NCBI GenBank assembly: GCA_002269645.1
Contig: NIVC01003252.1
Location: forward strand, 1 to 64,000
Origin: Macrostomum lignano
Lineage: Eukaryota
Length of the DNA stretch: 64,000 nucleotides
Direction of reading: 5' to 3'
Within the stretch, counting starts at the first letter, position 1. Every line of letters begins with the position of its first letter. Under the pieces are notes generated by a model. The model did no database searches. It had not been told where the DNA came from and saw only the letters and a program-made list of their open reading frames with translations. Below, one piece after another: positions 1 to 15,246 of this stretch. The position numbers and the translations under genes were made by a program.

Positions 1-862
1 TCTGAAGCAGATCAGGATGCTAAACTCTGGAACCCGTCGGTTTTCGCTACAAAAATGCTTACTTGTTAAATTTCAAATGAAGCAATTAGCATGCTTTTTG
101 TACGCGGTGCACTCAGAGGTTTATCAAGCCATTTATTCATAAAATGTTTCTGTGAGACCTTCTAACACGCAAAGTTTCAGCAAAAATTCAGTCCTTTTTT
201 GCCTCTTTTCTCAATCGATTATATACTGGCCAAACCCCATTAATATCAATAGAAGCATACTTGCAGGGAAGCGGTTTAACAGCTAGTTAGATCTATCGTG
301 TCTCCTGCTGGATTCATCTGCAAAAGTCTAATTGCCGTTTATGGTCGTAGAAACCATTATTACAATTGATTGCTCAATGGGAGTCGACTAGGCATTAAAT
401 TCCAAGCTTCCATCGGGACCGCGCAACCAACGCCGGAGGCCGGAGATCGGGCCATAATTAAATGCAGCCGGGCAGTTTTTCGAGGCAATTTTCTTTTAAA
501 ACAAATTTTCTAACCCTGTGTCTGTCGTTCTCTTTCGAAAAAAATAATTGTTGGCTACCAACTGCCGCCACTGGTGATAGCTGCAGCCGAGCCACTTCCG
601 ACAGAAACACACGAAGATGAAATGATACACGTAGCTGCACTACTGTTGCGGCCCCAGCAATGGGAAGCTCTATGGGAACCAGCGATAGTCCCTCGTGGGA
701 GAGACGATCGGCTCTCGTGAGCAAATGGCGGCTAGATACGGGATGCAAATTTTTGTTATAAATTGATAAATGGAGCTTTTAAACGGGACAGAGCATGACC
801 ACTGGGCACGAGCCGAAATTCTAGCAGATTATTTTCGAAGTCCTTCTCATCAGACAGAAACA

Positions 863-1458
863 ATGGCCGATCAGCAGGAACTCATGGACATCTTCGACCA
901 GATGGACCGAGACGGAGACCGGATTCTGACTAAAGCGGAGATCTCCAGCTTTTTACTGAGTCGCAACTTCAACAAGAAGTTTATTGAGGTTTGTAAAAAT
1001 TTTATATTTTACTCAAAATTTTGTCAACAATTAAATATGTTAAACATTAACTTACACAGGAGTTCTTAGCAACTTTTGACAGTGACAGCGATGGACGAGT
1101 TACGGAGGCCGAGTACGGCAGAAGCTGGGCCTGATGCCAAGTGGCGAGAAGAAGTGAGTTCTTTTTGGCTGAATGTCTCATTGGTTTCAATTGTTTGTTA
1201 TACTTTTCGCACTCAATTTGAACTGTAATGTCCTCCTCCAGCTACTCAAAGTGGTACCAGATCTTCCAAAAGTTCGACAAGGATGGGCTCCGGCTTTATA
1301 GACGAGCACGAGCTGCCGCAGCTCATGGTGGAGATCGGCAGCAAGACCACGTACAGTCCGGAGCAGTTCCGCAGGTGGATCGCCGAGCACGACGCCAACA
1401 AGGACGGCAAGATCAGCTACCCGGAGTTCCTCAACTGGTGTGCGCGGAGCAAGTGATG
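863..1458 (+). CDS. 4-EF-hand calcium-binding protein, copy 1 (SME16/calmodulin-like); 3 exons, two apparent frameshifts
   Basis: Exons 863-988, 1060-1153 and about 1242-1458 with GT-AG introns. Loops DRDGDRILTKAE, DSDSDGRVTEAE, DKDG(S)GFIDEHE and DANKDGKISYPE. Exon 2 is 94 nt versus 95 nt in copy 2 (-1 near 1117), and there is an extra G in gatgggctcc near 1287. Confidence 0.8.
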
Positions 1459-1844
1459 TGCAGCATACTGGAGCCAAGTATTTTTTTAGTTTTCGATACG
1501 GCTACTCTTGAAACTGCATCCCCCCATTCGCATCTCTGTTTGCTTCTTCCTTACTCGGATTAAACTGCAAAATCCACAGTTTTAATTCTGTTTTATTTTA
1601 GCTTTTCTCCAGCATGCGCTACTCATAACTCTGTTATACTGGATCAGGACTATTTGATAGACAATTAGGTTCCATATTATTTGCGCCATGTTTATAAATT
1701 TGTTATAATAAATAAAATTTATTAGCTGAGTGCGAGTTGCGCCCCCGCATAGACATCTTTGCGGTTCGAATTCGAAAAAAACGTTATTTTTGTTTTACAA
1801 GATAGATGCCTAAAAAGTTAGCTTGAATCAAAAAGTTTTCAGAA

Positions 1845-1917
1845 CACCCCAGGAGGGACTCGAACCCTCAACCTCCGGATTAGAAGTCCGACGCGCTATC
1901 CATTGCGCCACTGGGGC
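1845..1917 (-). tRNA. tRNA-Arg(TCT), intronless
   Basis: Reverse complement GCCCCAG TG GCGC AATGGATA GCGC G TCGGA CT TCT AA TCCGG AGGTT GAGGG TTCGAGT CCCTC CTGGGGT G folds into a cloverleaf with A and B boxes. A T5 Pol III terminator lies about 11 nt downstream (1830-1834). Confidence 0.95.
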
Positions 1918-2474
1918 TCCCGACAGTTACAATAAGCGAAATCCCTTTTCAAAAGACTGCCTGCTCCCACATTGTAGGCAACCCATTGTGTGGGAGTTTA
2001 AGACTGTGATCGAGAACGGAGTTTAGAAAGACGACAAGGGGGGCTGCAAAACTGTAAAGCGTTTAGAATGCTCAGCTGTGCTCGGAAAACACATGTGCAA
2101 AAGTTCACACGGGGTGTGCTGCTACTCAGCTGAATGAGTCAGTGAATGAATTCAGTCGTTTACCCAAGAAGGCTCTCACGAGAACTATAGCGCTTACTTG
2201 TTTGATTAATGCATAGACTTGATTCAAGTCAATAAAGTTGAATTTAAACCGTTTTAATTCATGTTTTATTTCAATAATATTAAAAGAACAAAATGATTAA
2301 CAAAATCGTCAATGCAGAGCTTTTGGGTGTTAAAATTTGATTGCAACAGCAAGACGTTAAGCAGAGTGTTTGCAATAAAAGAGTCAATGCATCCGGATAC
2401 ATTTTAAGAGCGATACAATTGGTTTGTCTGTGAGATCAGTAAAAACGATCAGTGTCTAGAATCGCTGCTGACTC

Positions 2475-3067
2475 TCAACTTCTGGGTCCTCTCACCCAGT
2501 TGAGAAACTCGGAGTAGCTGACTCTCCCGTCGGCATCCGAGTCGTGCTCGCGAATCCAGTTCTCAAAGTTGGACCGATTGTACTTGGTTGTGCTGCCGAT
2601 CTCCTCCAGCACTTTCGGCAGCTCGTCAGCTTCGATGAAGCCTGAGCCGTCCTTGTCGAATGAATCGAACACGGTTTTCCAAGCCGAGTACCTGAATTTA
2701 GTTAAGATCGGTGCAATTATTTTGATTCCATAATTAGAATGGGCATCTCACAAAACGCCCAGAAGTTCTTACTCAACCTCCTGCGGCGGGATGAGGCCCA
2801 GCTTCTCCAGACACTCGTTCAGTGTCACCTTGCCATCGTTGTTGGAGTCGAAGTTAGCCAGAAAGGTCTAAAATATGATCGTTTTTAATTTTTAACTTCA
2901 CTTTTAAAGCCTGTTTAATTTGTCTAAGCTTTCTTTACCTGGACAAAATCGGCATTGAAGCCCTTCTTTTTCACCAGGTAGTCGGTGAGCTCCTGCTCAG
3001 ACAGAACTCCATCTCCATTGGCATCCATTGCTCGGAAAATTGACTCCATCTCTTCTATGGTTGACAT
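2475..3067 (-). CDS. 4-EF-hand calcium-binding protein, copy 2 (146 aa, intact; SME16/calmodulin-like)
   Basis: Exons 3067-2939, 2867-2773 and 2691-2475 join in frame (441 nt): MSTIEEMESIFRAMDANGDGVLSEQE...FDSNNDGKVTLNE...FDKDGSGFIEADE...HDSDADGRVSYSEFLNWVRGPRS. All four EF loops are canonical. Confidence 0.92.
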
Positions 3068-3503
3068 GATGCCGGTTCCGCTTTGCAAAGTTCGGAAGTG
3101 TAAAACAGTGTAGTGTAGTAGTTTGGCTCAGCTACAGGAGGAATTAACTATTTGATGAGGCCAAGTTCGTGACACGCTGGAGTTGTAAATCCGACTATAA
3201 AAGCAAGCAACTGCGCGCACAGAAGCTTTGTGGTAGGGCAATTTATTTAATTCTCTCTTGCTGCTGAACGAGCTGCCATCTCATTGTGGCCCCATAGATG
3301 AGTTTGAATTGCGCAGTGTCTGATCTGCTGGTCCTGCTCCTACGAGCTCTGCTCTCCGTCTCTCTCTTTCTCTCCCTCCCTCATCTCTCAAAGCAGAGTG
3401 CCTAGTATTGAAAAGTAAACACTGTGGGAGCGCCGAGGGTGTGCAGAAATTTTAATCGCGGCTCTAAACGGCATTGCCGCGTGCGCGCGCCTCCGTGCCC
3501 AGT

Positions 3504-3504
<1 letters not shown>

Positions 3505-3589
<85 letters not shown>
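3505..3589. repeat. (CT)n microsatellite
   Basis: Near-perfect CT dinucleotide run. Confidence 0.97.
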
Positions 3590-3592
<3 letters not shown>

Positions 3593-4790
3593 GGGCTCTC
3601 AAGCTTTCAAGCAGCAGCGAGTATTTAGTTTGCTATGGCTAGCTGTAGCATTTTGCTCTCCTAAAAAACTGCTATTAGCATTAGCTATTAGCAGAACTGT
3701 TTTTAATTCTGCTGATTAGAAGCATTCGACATTTCTATGCAAATTTATGGTAGACAATAAAAAACTTTACGGTAGACGGCTGTAAATCCCTGCTGAAAGT
3801 GGGGAGAAAGGGATTTCATATAACAATGAAAGCATCGTCAGGTCTGAATATTGATTCGGTCAAGAGATTAATTATTGCGTGGACGAAGCCCGAGCTGGGA
3901 ATACAGAGAAATAGTATAAGAACAACTTGTATACTCTATTATAAAAATTTTAAAATAGACGGATAACGGCGATATACCTCGGCCGAACGTTGGTGCAAGT
4001 TATGAGTACCCATTTGCGTCGAGAGGCGTCGGTTTTCTTAACGGTGATTCCCTGGAAGCCTAATGCGCCGACCTGGATGGAGAAAGTTATCGATTTCAGT
4101 CTCTTTATGTGGGAGCCCTTTCATTTACGAGTTTAAAAAAGTTTTTTTTCGTCACGCATGGATAACGGCTAAGAAATATACTCCCATAAACACCTTGTGG
4201 CTGTTTTGCTCAAGTCTCTGCCCCTAAGCACCAATTTTACCATAGATAAGACTGTCACTCGGGCTTAAAGCCTACAGAAAGCATTACGTCAAGTACGCTC
4301 GTACCAGTATACCTCAGTTGCAACAAAAGCAATAATTTGGATAGAAAACTGTTATACTGTTTTAGCTTTTGCATTTCTATATTACGAGCTATTCTCAATT
4401 CTCATTCTTTAAGCCGCCAACCGTTATTATTCAGTCTCTATGCCTGAAATTTTCTCATCGATCAACAGCATAATTCAACACCAAAAACGCCAGAGAAGTA
4501 ACCGTGCGAACCTTCGCACGCCTGCTTGGGGCCGCCCTTTAGCCTTCAATATAAGCGCGCCTTCCCTGGTGACACATCGAGTCGAAGCTCTCACCATCGG
4601 CAAGATATAAATAGAAGCAAAGTGGCACAACCCGGCAGCCAAAGTGGGCAACCAACACAACAGCTACCGACTTCCTCGGGCCGATTCAGGTGACATTAAC
4701 CAGCGGGATCAGCCCATCGAGCCAAAGACTATTCGCACCGTCAGCCAGGAGCCCGAATCCAGCGTCGAACCAACTGAACCTCCGAGTGAC

Positions 4791-6147
4791 ATGGCCAACG
4801 AAGAAGAATTGATGAAGTTCTTTGACGAGTGCGACGTGGACGGATCTGGCGAGATCACCTTGGCTGAGCTTAAGGAAGTTTTTGCCAATAAGAAGGTGGA
4901 TGAAAACGCGCTTTCGGTAAGGACCTTGAAAAAGATTTCCTGTGTGTGATCGTATTTAATGTAAACAAGGTACTCGCAAAAACTGATTAATTTTTTTTGT
5001 GTTTTTCAGAGCTACATTGTTTCGATCGCGACCAAGACGGCAAGATAAGTCGCGATGAGTACCGAAAGTCTCTAGGCCTGTTTCCGGAGAGCGAGAGAAA
5101 GTAGGTTTCTTGAATTGATGTTTGTTTTACTGCATCAATGTGTGCCTTTGCACGCGCTTATTAATAAGTCATACGAGGTCAGCAAAATCAAAGTAATGTA
5201 AATAAAAATTCTTTTTTCTACCGTATGAATGTACCCGCTCCTTGCGGGTGCAGCAATATTGTCCAGCTCATTTATTTCCCTCGGTATGAAAACAGTAAAT
5301 TGAGGTTCCTGTATTCGGGTCCACAAGTGCCTTACGCATGGTTGACAAGCAGAAATATAAGGTGTATATAAGGTGTATGGTGTGTTACGGTGTATATAAG
5401 GAACATACTCGTCGAAATAATTTAACAGAAATGCCGTCGGCGCACGAAAGCACTCTGGGGGGGGCAGGGGTAATAAAAATCTGGAAATGAGTTTGTCACT
5501 TGCTATCTAAACAATTTTATGGCCGAAATATTCAAGTAGTTGGCAGGTCAAAGCAAGGAGACAGAAGGCGCCTATTCCAGCAACCGCGAAGAGTAGCTTT
5601 GGATCAATGGCGGAAGGCCCTTTTCAAAAAGAAAGAAAGTGGCTCATCTAGTTTCGTGGACAAACCTAACAAGCCGTCCGATGTTCAAGGATGTCCGATG
5701 TTTAAGCTGCAGAAGAGGCAGAATTCTCTTTGAAGGTATCCCCAGAGGAACACCCGGAGGAACACTGCGGCGCATTGCATCCGTCGTTGTCAATGAGGAT
5801 CGTGGTGATGGCTCCGATGTCTTTACTGTCGTGATTTAGCGAGTTGTGCTTGTTAAACAATGTTTGGCAGTCTCGTAAGTCTCGTAAGCACCTTATAAAA
5901 TTAAAGCCGATTTACTCCAACAAAACCCGACAGAGCGATGGCCTGGCGCGGAGTATTCGAGTCCTTCGATGCAAACGGCTCCGGCAAAATCAGCCGCGAC
6001 GAGCTCGACGCCGTCCTGCGCGAGATGCACGGCGGCGACCACGGCTATGACGCGGAGGCGCTGCAGCGATTCCTACAGCAGAACGATAAGGATGGCGACG
6101 CGGAGCTGGATTATGAGGAGTTTCTCCAGTGGATTCGGCACAACTGA
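4791..6147 (+). CDS. 4-EF-hand calcium-binding protein, copy 3
   Basis: Exons 4791-4916, 5010/5012-5100 and 5934-6147, with the same intron positions and phases as copies 1 and 2. Loops DVDGSGEITLAE, DRDQDGKISRDE, DANGSGKISRDE and DKDGDAELDYEE. Exon 2 is in frame only if the second AG of CAGAG is used; otherwise it carries a small deletion. Confidence 0.85.
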
Positions 6148-6411
6148 GGCGACGCATTATGCTATACGCCTAACATAAAACTTTCCTCCCTTATACACAG
6201 GATTGCCATATAACCATATAACCATTCCGCTTTATTAGTTTTATTGATTTTGGCTTTTATCTATTTAGCAGCCGACATTATATTACGTTATGCTGCTCGT
6301 GCCTAATTCCATCAAAATTAACTAAATAAACAGGCTAAATGTTCCCATTTAAAACTTTTCATTTACCTTCAATAGAAAAAACCTAGTGACGCTATTTTAA
6401 CATCGCAACTC

Positions 6412-8535
<2,124 letters not shown>

Positions 8536-9003
8536 CTTTCTTATCTGTCTCTTTTTTAAAATACATGCTTGTCTCATTGTGCGTAATTCATAAAAAACGC
8601 AGCCGAAACAGCGAGTCCTTAAGAGCGTACTACTAAATCAGTTAGGGACGGTGGACAGAAACCTTCCTCGTCACAAACTTAGATGATTTTTTATCGGCGT
8701 GACGTTAGAGTGCGTATGTATTATTATTTTTTGAAACGGCTTACACATTTCCCGACCGTCAAAGCAAGTTTGCAATGAGAATTGGAGCTCGTTACCCAAC
8801 TTTTATAGTTGACCGAGCCCACGCGAAACGACCGTGGATAATTAAATGCGGAACGATTTCAAAGTAATTTTGCTTGGCGAAAAAAAATAATTGGCAAGAA
8901 GCCAGAGCGGAGAGCCTACGGACGGCTGATGACCGAAATAGAAAAAAAAATTAGGAAAACAGAAACAAGCTTCCAGCTTCCAAGATGAAAGCTAATTACG
9001 AAG

Positions 9004-10874
9004 CTAACGCGGCCTGGAAGGCTGGCTAACGGATTTGCACGCCTCGGTCAGGACAACGCGTGTTGTTACTGGGCGGCACTCCAGCGAGCTTCGCTGCTCA
9101 AGGCTTGGCTCTACAAACTGCTCCCCGATGATGTAGTGCGACATGGCGTGGCACTGAACTGAGTTCAACGGAGCTCCCGAGATGCTGCGATGCTCGACAG
9201 GTCGACCGCGAGTCTGCTGACGTCGACGACGAAGGCACTTCTGGATGGCGTCGCTCACGATGGACGCGCTGCTGCTCTTGTCCTCCTCATCGTCAGTTGT
9301 TGTGCAGCGGTCGATCTCCGAGTGGAACAGCGCCTGCTGCTGAAGCTGCTGCTGTTTTAAGCGGCGTTTTCGAATGCTGCGACCGCGGCTGCGCGACTGC
9401 TGGCTGAGCTGCAGCTGGCGGATGAGATCGTCTAGTGCGTCGGCGGTTCCGATGGCCTGCGTCAGCGGGCCGGAGCAGCCGTGGCGGTTCTGACGGGTGA
9501 TTTGATTTCGGAGTTGCGTTTAAGGGCTGTCATTTTCATGTTCGGATGTACCAACAAGTAGGTTCAGGTAGTTAGCGCGTCTGACTCTTGGGTCAAAGCT
9601 ACCCAATGAACAGAGAATGTACACTGTCTCTTGACGATGAGCAGTCAGTGAAGCTGTGCACACTTGTGGAGCAAGTGTCTGCGTACGTATCTGTGTGCGA
9701 GTCTCAGAGGTCAGGTAAACAAGCATTCTTGTCTCGTAGTAGTCTGCATTACGAGCTACCAGTTGTAAATTTTAACAAACCTTGAGCAGCACCAGGGCAG
9801 CTGCAAGGTGACCGAAGCGACTCAACGTTGCACAGAATGCCGCGCATCAGAGCCGAGTCAGTGCGCGACCTTCAGACGGATCGTTGAACACCGTAGCCAG
9901 AAGGTCGCGCAGAGCGCTCGTGTTCCGATTTGACATCAGCATTTGGCGAATTTGCTGTTAGCGAAGACACCAGTGACTGCTTGGCAGATCTAGTCGACGA
10001 CGGTCGCAGTCGCGGTGAAGCTGACAGAGGAGCTGGCGGCTCAGCCGATGAATTGTGCGGCGACAATTGCTGCGGTGGCTGCTGCTGTTGCCACGGTGGT
10101 TGAATGCGTCAGTGGACTTCCGCTTGCTGTAGCAGCCGAAACACTGGGGGTTGTCATCATCAAGATACGAGTCAGCGTACTGAAGACTTGCGAACAATGA
10201 TTTAGGAATGAGAATGTGGGGATTAATGAGAATCTGAAAATGAAGTAGGATGTGGGAATGAGAGTGTGGGAATGTGGACGTGGGAATGAGGGTGTGGAAA
10301 TGAGGACGTGGAAATGAGGATATAGGAATTAGGGAAGAGGATGTGGGAATGAAGGAGGGTGTGGGAATGAGGATGTGGAAACGAGGATGTACATGTAGGA
10401 GGAAGTTGTAGCCTAGTGGTTAGAGCATCGGGCTCACGGCTTGAAGGTAGGGGGGTTCGATTCTCGATCCCACTGGAACAATTTGTATCCCCTAGCAAGA
10501 CACTTAACTCTGCATTGCTTCAGTTCACCCAGCTGTAAAATTCCCCTACAAGTAAAATGGCCTCGAATTAAATAATATAAAACAATGGATCTATGAAGCA
10601 ATTGGTGCTCACATCAAAACCTTCGTGCCCGCAGCTCAGCGCTTCCAGCATGAGAAACGGCTCATCAGACGCGGATTCAGAATCTGTTTTGTCGTTGACG
10701 TCTTTGCATCTTTCGTTTCGCCGAATCTCCAATAACTCGTCATCGTCATCCTGAGTACAGCTGGTCTCTCTGCTGATTGGACGGAAGATGGCCTGGGCTA
10801 CGGAGCTTTGAGCGGCTGGAAGTCGCGGGTAAGAGGGCATTATGACGCAAAATTTGATCAACATTGGTAATATT

Positions 10875-10942
<68 letters not shown>

Positions 10943-10971
10943 TACTACTACTACTACTACTACTACTACTA

Positions 10972-11026
<55 letters not shown>

Positions 11027-11027
11027 G

Positions 11028-11059
<32 letters not shown>

Positions 11060-11066
11060 GCTACTG

Positions 11067-11138
<72 letters not shown>

Positions 11139-11167
11139 TACTACTACTACTACTACTACTACTACTA

Positions 11168-11219
<52 letters not shown>

Positions 11220-11220
11220 G

Positions 11221-11252
<32 letters not shown>

Positions 11253-14200
11253 GCTACTCACCGGAGTCTGTCACAGCACTCGGCTTCACCATACTGGTTT
11301 TTCTAGAGTCGCTAGCAACGCATTTGGCACTGGTAGGCACGATGGTATTCAACCTGGCCAGGTGGTCCTCGACAATGTTAAGCTGCTGGAATGTCACCTC
11401 GCCTGCGGCTGGAAGCGGTAACGAAAGTCAAATTTGGAAATGAAGAAATTGTGTTGCAAACTCGGATAATGCAAAAAAATGGATGCTCACCCAAATTTTG
11501 GCGTCGCCTTTTGTGCCGCCTCGACCGCGACAAACTTTTTCGGACGAATTGGATTCTGGATATTATTGGTTGAATTTTTAGTAGTTTTTTTAAGCTCGGT
11601 TTTAAGTCGGTATTAGTAAACTCACTGAGATTCACGATTTAACTTAGCCTCTGGGATGTTTAATTACTTTGGCTTTGGGTTGTTCAATTTGACTTTGGGG
11701 TGTTAAGTTAGCCTCTGGGATGTTTAAGTCGCTTCTATCATGTTTAATTAGCGTCTGGGATGATGAATTAGCTTCTAGAATGTTTAATTAGACTTTGGGA
11801 TGTTTAGTTAGCCTCTGGGTTGTTAAAGTAGCCTCCTGGTCTTTAATTAGCCTTTTGGGTGTTTAATTAGCCTCTGAGATGTTTAATTAGCTTCTAGGAT
11901 GCTTAATTAGCCTCTTGGATGTTTAATTAGCCTTTGGGGTGTTTAATTAGCCACTGAGATGTTTATTTGCCTCCGGGATGTTTAATTAGTACCTGGGATG
12001 TTTAATTAGCCTTTGGGGTGTTTAATTAGCCACTGAGATTTTTATTTGCCTCCGGGATGTTTAATTAGTACCTGGGATGTTTAATTTGCATTCGGGGTGT
12101 TTGATTAGCCTCTTGGGCGTTTAACCAGCCTCTGTGATGTTTAATTAGCCTCTGAGATTTTTAGTATTTAATTTGTACGATTCCATCTAAGACACAAATT
12201 GTGTTGCTCAATGCTCAAGGACTCACAATCGTTGCACACTCGTTATTCTGTCCCGCGTCAAGCGAGATTGACAGATCAACAGCGTTGCTCTCGTTGCCAA
12301 GCGAGCTCACCCAGCTGAACGCCAGACTCTGGTCTGAGTAATACTGACAATCACCTTCCAGAGACGATTGGCAGACTGCAGTCTGGCCGTTTGTCTGGCT
12401 GTTCAAGTCTGGGCAGACGCAAGCGACTTTCTCCATCAGTCTGGTTTGCTTAGCCGACGCCACTTCTGGCGGATGCTGGGTACAGAAAACAGAATGGATT
12501 CAGATTTAAGTTTGATTTTGAATTGGAAAGAGATACGAGGGCCTTCGAAACTAGAATAGAACCTAGCTTAAAGGATCCAGGATTATGGGATCTGGGATTG
12601 GGATCTCAAATTTTGGAATCTGAAATAAAGGATTTACGATTTGGTATTTAGTATTTGGGATCTGGGATTAGGTATTTAGAATTTAGGATTTGGGATCTGG
12701 GATTCGGGATTTGGGTTTCTGGGTTAGGATTTGGGACTTGAGATTGGGGATTTGGGATCTGGGTTTTTGGATCTTGGGATTTGGATCTCGAATTTAAGAT
12801 CTTGGATTTGGGAATCTGGGATTTAGGGTGTGGGAGAAATCCTATGAGATTTAGGATTTAGGATTTAGGATTGGGAATTTATGATATAGCATTCATGTTT
12901 GAGGATTTGGGATTTGGATCTGGAATTTTGCGATCTGGGATTTGAGATATAAGAGTTGGAATCTGGGATTGCGGATATGGGGTTTGAGATCCGGGATTTA
13001 GGATCTGAGATATGGGATCTGGGATTTGGGATCTGGGATTTGGGATCTGGGGTTTGAGATCTGGGATTTGGGATCTGGGATTTGGGATCTGGGATTTCTG
13101 ATCTAGGACTTGGAATCAGAAAGTTGGGATCTAGGATTTTGGATCTAAGATTTAGGATTTGCGATCTAGGATCTGGAATTTAGGATCGATTTGAGATCTG
13201 TTTTTGGTATCTGTGGTGTTGCTGACTTCACATATAAAATATGGGATTCAGGATCTAAGATAATCCCATTCAAACCTGGAAAACAAGACAGCCCTTTTGG
13301 CTGGCACTGGCGCCCCTAGCGGACGGCTTAGGCGCATCCTTCATGGAAGTCGCGGTTGTCGGCGAGGACGATTCCTCGTACACGGCTGCCTCGCCGGTTC
13401 GCCTTTCGTTCCAGGTGCCGTAGCCCTGTGGGCGTTGGACCATGAGAGCTCAGGGCATGTATATGTCCGTCAAAAGTTCCGGAACCCTTGCTACGATGTC
13501 TTCTAGCGGACATAATTTCAGCCCGTTTCAATTGTAACTTGATTCAAATGAAAGCTGCGGATCTCAGCTCCATGATGTGGTAAAGAAAAAGTTTATTCGA
13601 AGGAGCGCGTGTGAACAGGCCAGTGTTATGTACATAAAGGTTAGAGAAAAAAGTGAGGAAAAGACAAACAAGCAATTGTTTTTACTCTTTTTTTACTCTC
13701 CATGAAAGCTGACTGCACAAGAATCCATAAGAGCCTGTTGATTTCAACACAAGTTTTGGCCATAGACTAATGTTAGCCAGGCTGAACACTGCGCGCAAAC
13801 CGATTCCTTCCCATGTGTGTTTGCTCCATAGACTCAGCAACCATAGACAATTGCTTGTTTGCCTTTTCCTCACTTTTTTTTCTCTAACCTTTATGTACAT
13901 AACACTGGCCTGTTCACACGCGCTCCTTCGAATAAACTTTTTCTTGACCACATCATAGAGCTGAGATCCGCAGCTTTCATTTGAATCAAGTTACAATTGA
14001 AACGGACTGAAATTATGTCCGCTAGAAGACATCGTAGCAAGGGTTCCGGAACTTTTGACGGACAGTATATCACCTGTCTCTTAACAATTAGCTACTCAAT
14101 TAGCTACTCAAACACTTCTAATCATACAGAATGCACACTCTACTGACTACTTACTCAGTAGTTATTTTTGAGCAGATTTTTGTGTACGAAATGCAATGCA

Positions 14201-14814
14201 GTTAAAAAAAACTTCGACTTCATTAGACCATTTTAGAAACATAAAATAATCAAAAACAAATTCATTGCTACTCACAATGCTAGATGAGTACTGTTGATGC
14301 TGCTCCTGATGGCGCTGAGTCATCCACTGGCGCTGCTGAGCTGTGGTGCTAGAGTTCGCGCAGTTGCTACCAGAAGCGTGGGGTGGCACCTAAACTCCAG
14401 AGCGGGATTTCAACAAATATTGCTGGTTCTAAGCAAGATTCGACAACAGTTTTATTGAAGATGCTCCAAATATCCTACTTATAGTAGAAATAACAACATT
14501 TTAAAGCGAATTGAAATACTGAGTTACCCGATTAGGCTTGGCCGCTGGCTGATGATGCGAGTCCATTCTGGTGAGAGTCTGTCGCAGGCTGCTGCAGACC
14601 GCCGCCAGCTGCCTCCGGCGTGAAACGGGACGGTGCTGGCTCTGCGATGTCGTTGTTGGAGTGGCGATGGACTGCTGATCGAAGTGGCTGTTAATCAGGG
14701 TCAGGTTGGACTCGTTGAGCAGCTCCACACCGGATAAGTCTGCCTGGGGATCGCTGGGCAGGAGATCCACCTGAAATTGGCAATTAAGCAACCAATCAAT
14801 CAATCAATCAATAG

Positions 14815-14896
<82 letters not shown>

Positions 14897-14905
14897 TAAT
14901 ACAAT

Positions 14906-14943
<38 letters not shown>

Positions 14944-15022
14944 TAATACAATTTCAATCAATCAATCAATCAATCAATTAATACAATTTCAATCAATCAA
15001 TCAATCAATCAATTAATACAAT

Positions 15023-15060
<38 letters not shown>

Positions 15061-15167
15061 TAATACAATTTCAATCAATCAATCAATCAATCAATTAATA
15101 CAATTTCAATCAATCAATCGATCAATTAACCAATCAATCGATCAATTAACCAATCAATCAATCAATT

Positions 15168-15246
<79 letters not shown>

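Noticed and set aside
10842-11421. Poly-L/Y/T ORFs
   Set aside because: (CTA)n microsatellite lying in a predicted intron.
12840-12880. TTTAGGA run resembling an interstitial telomere
   Set aside because: The unit is GATTTAG, not TTAGGG, and it is part of a broader degenerate 7-bp repeat.
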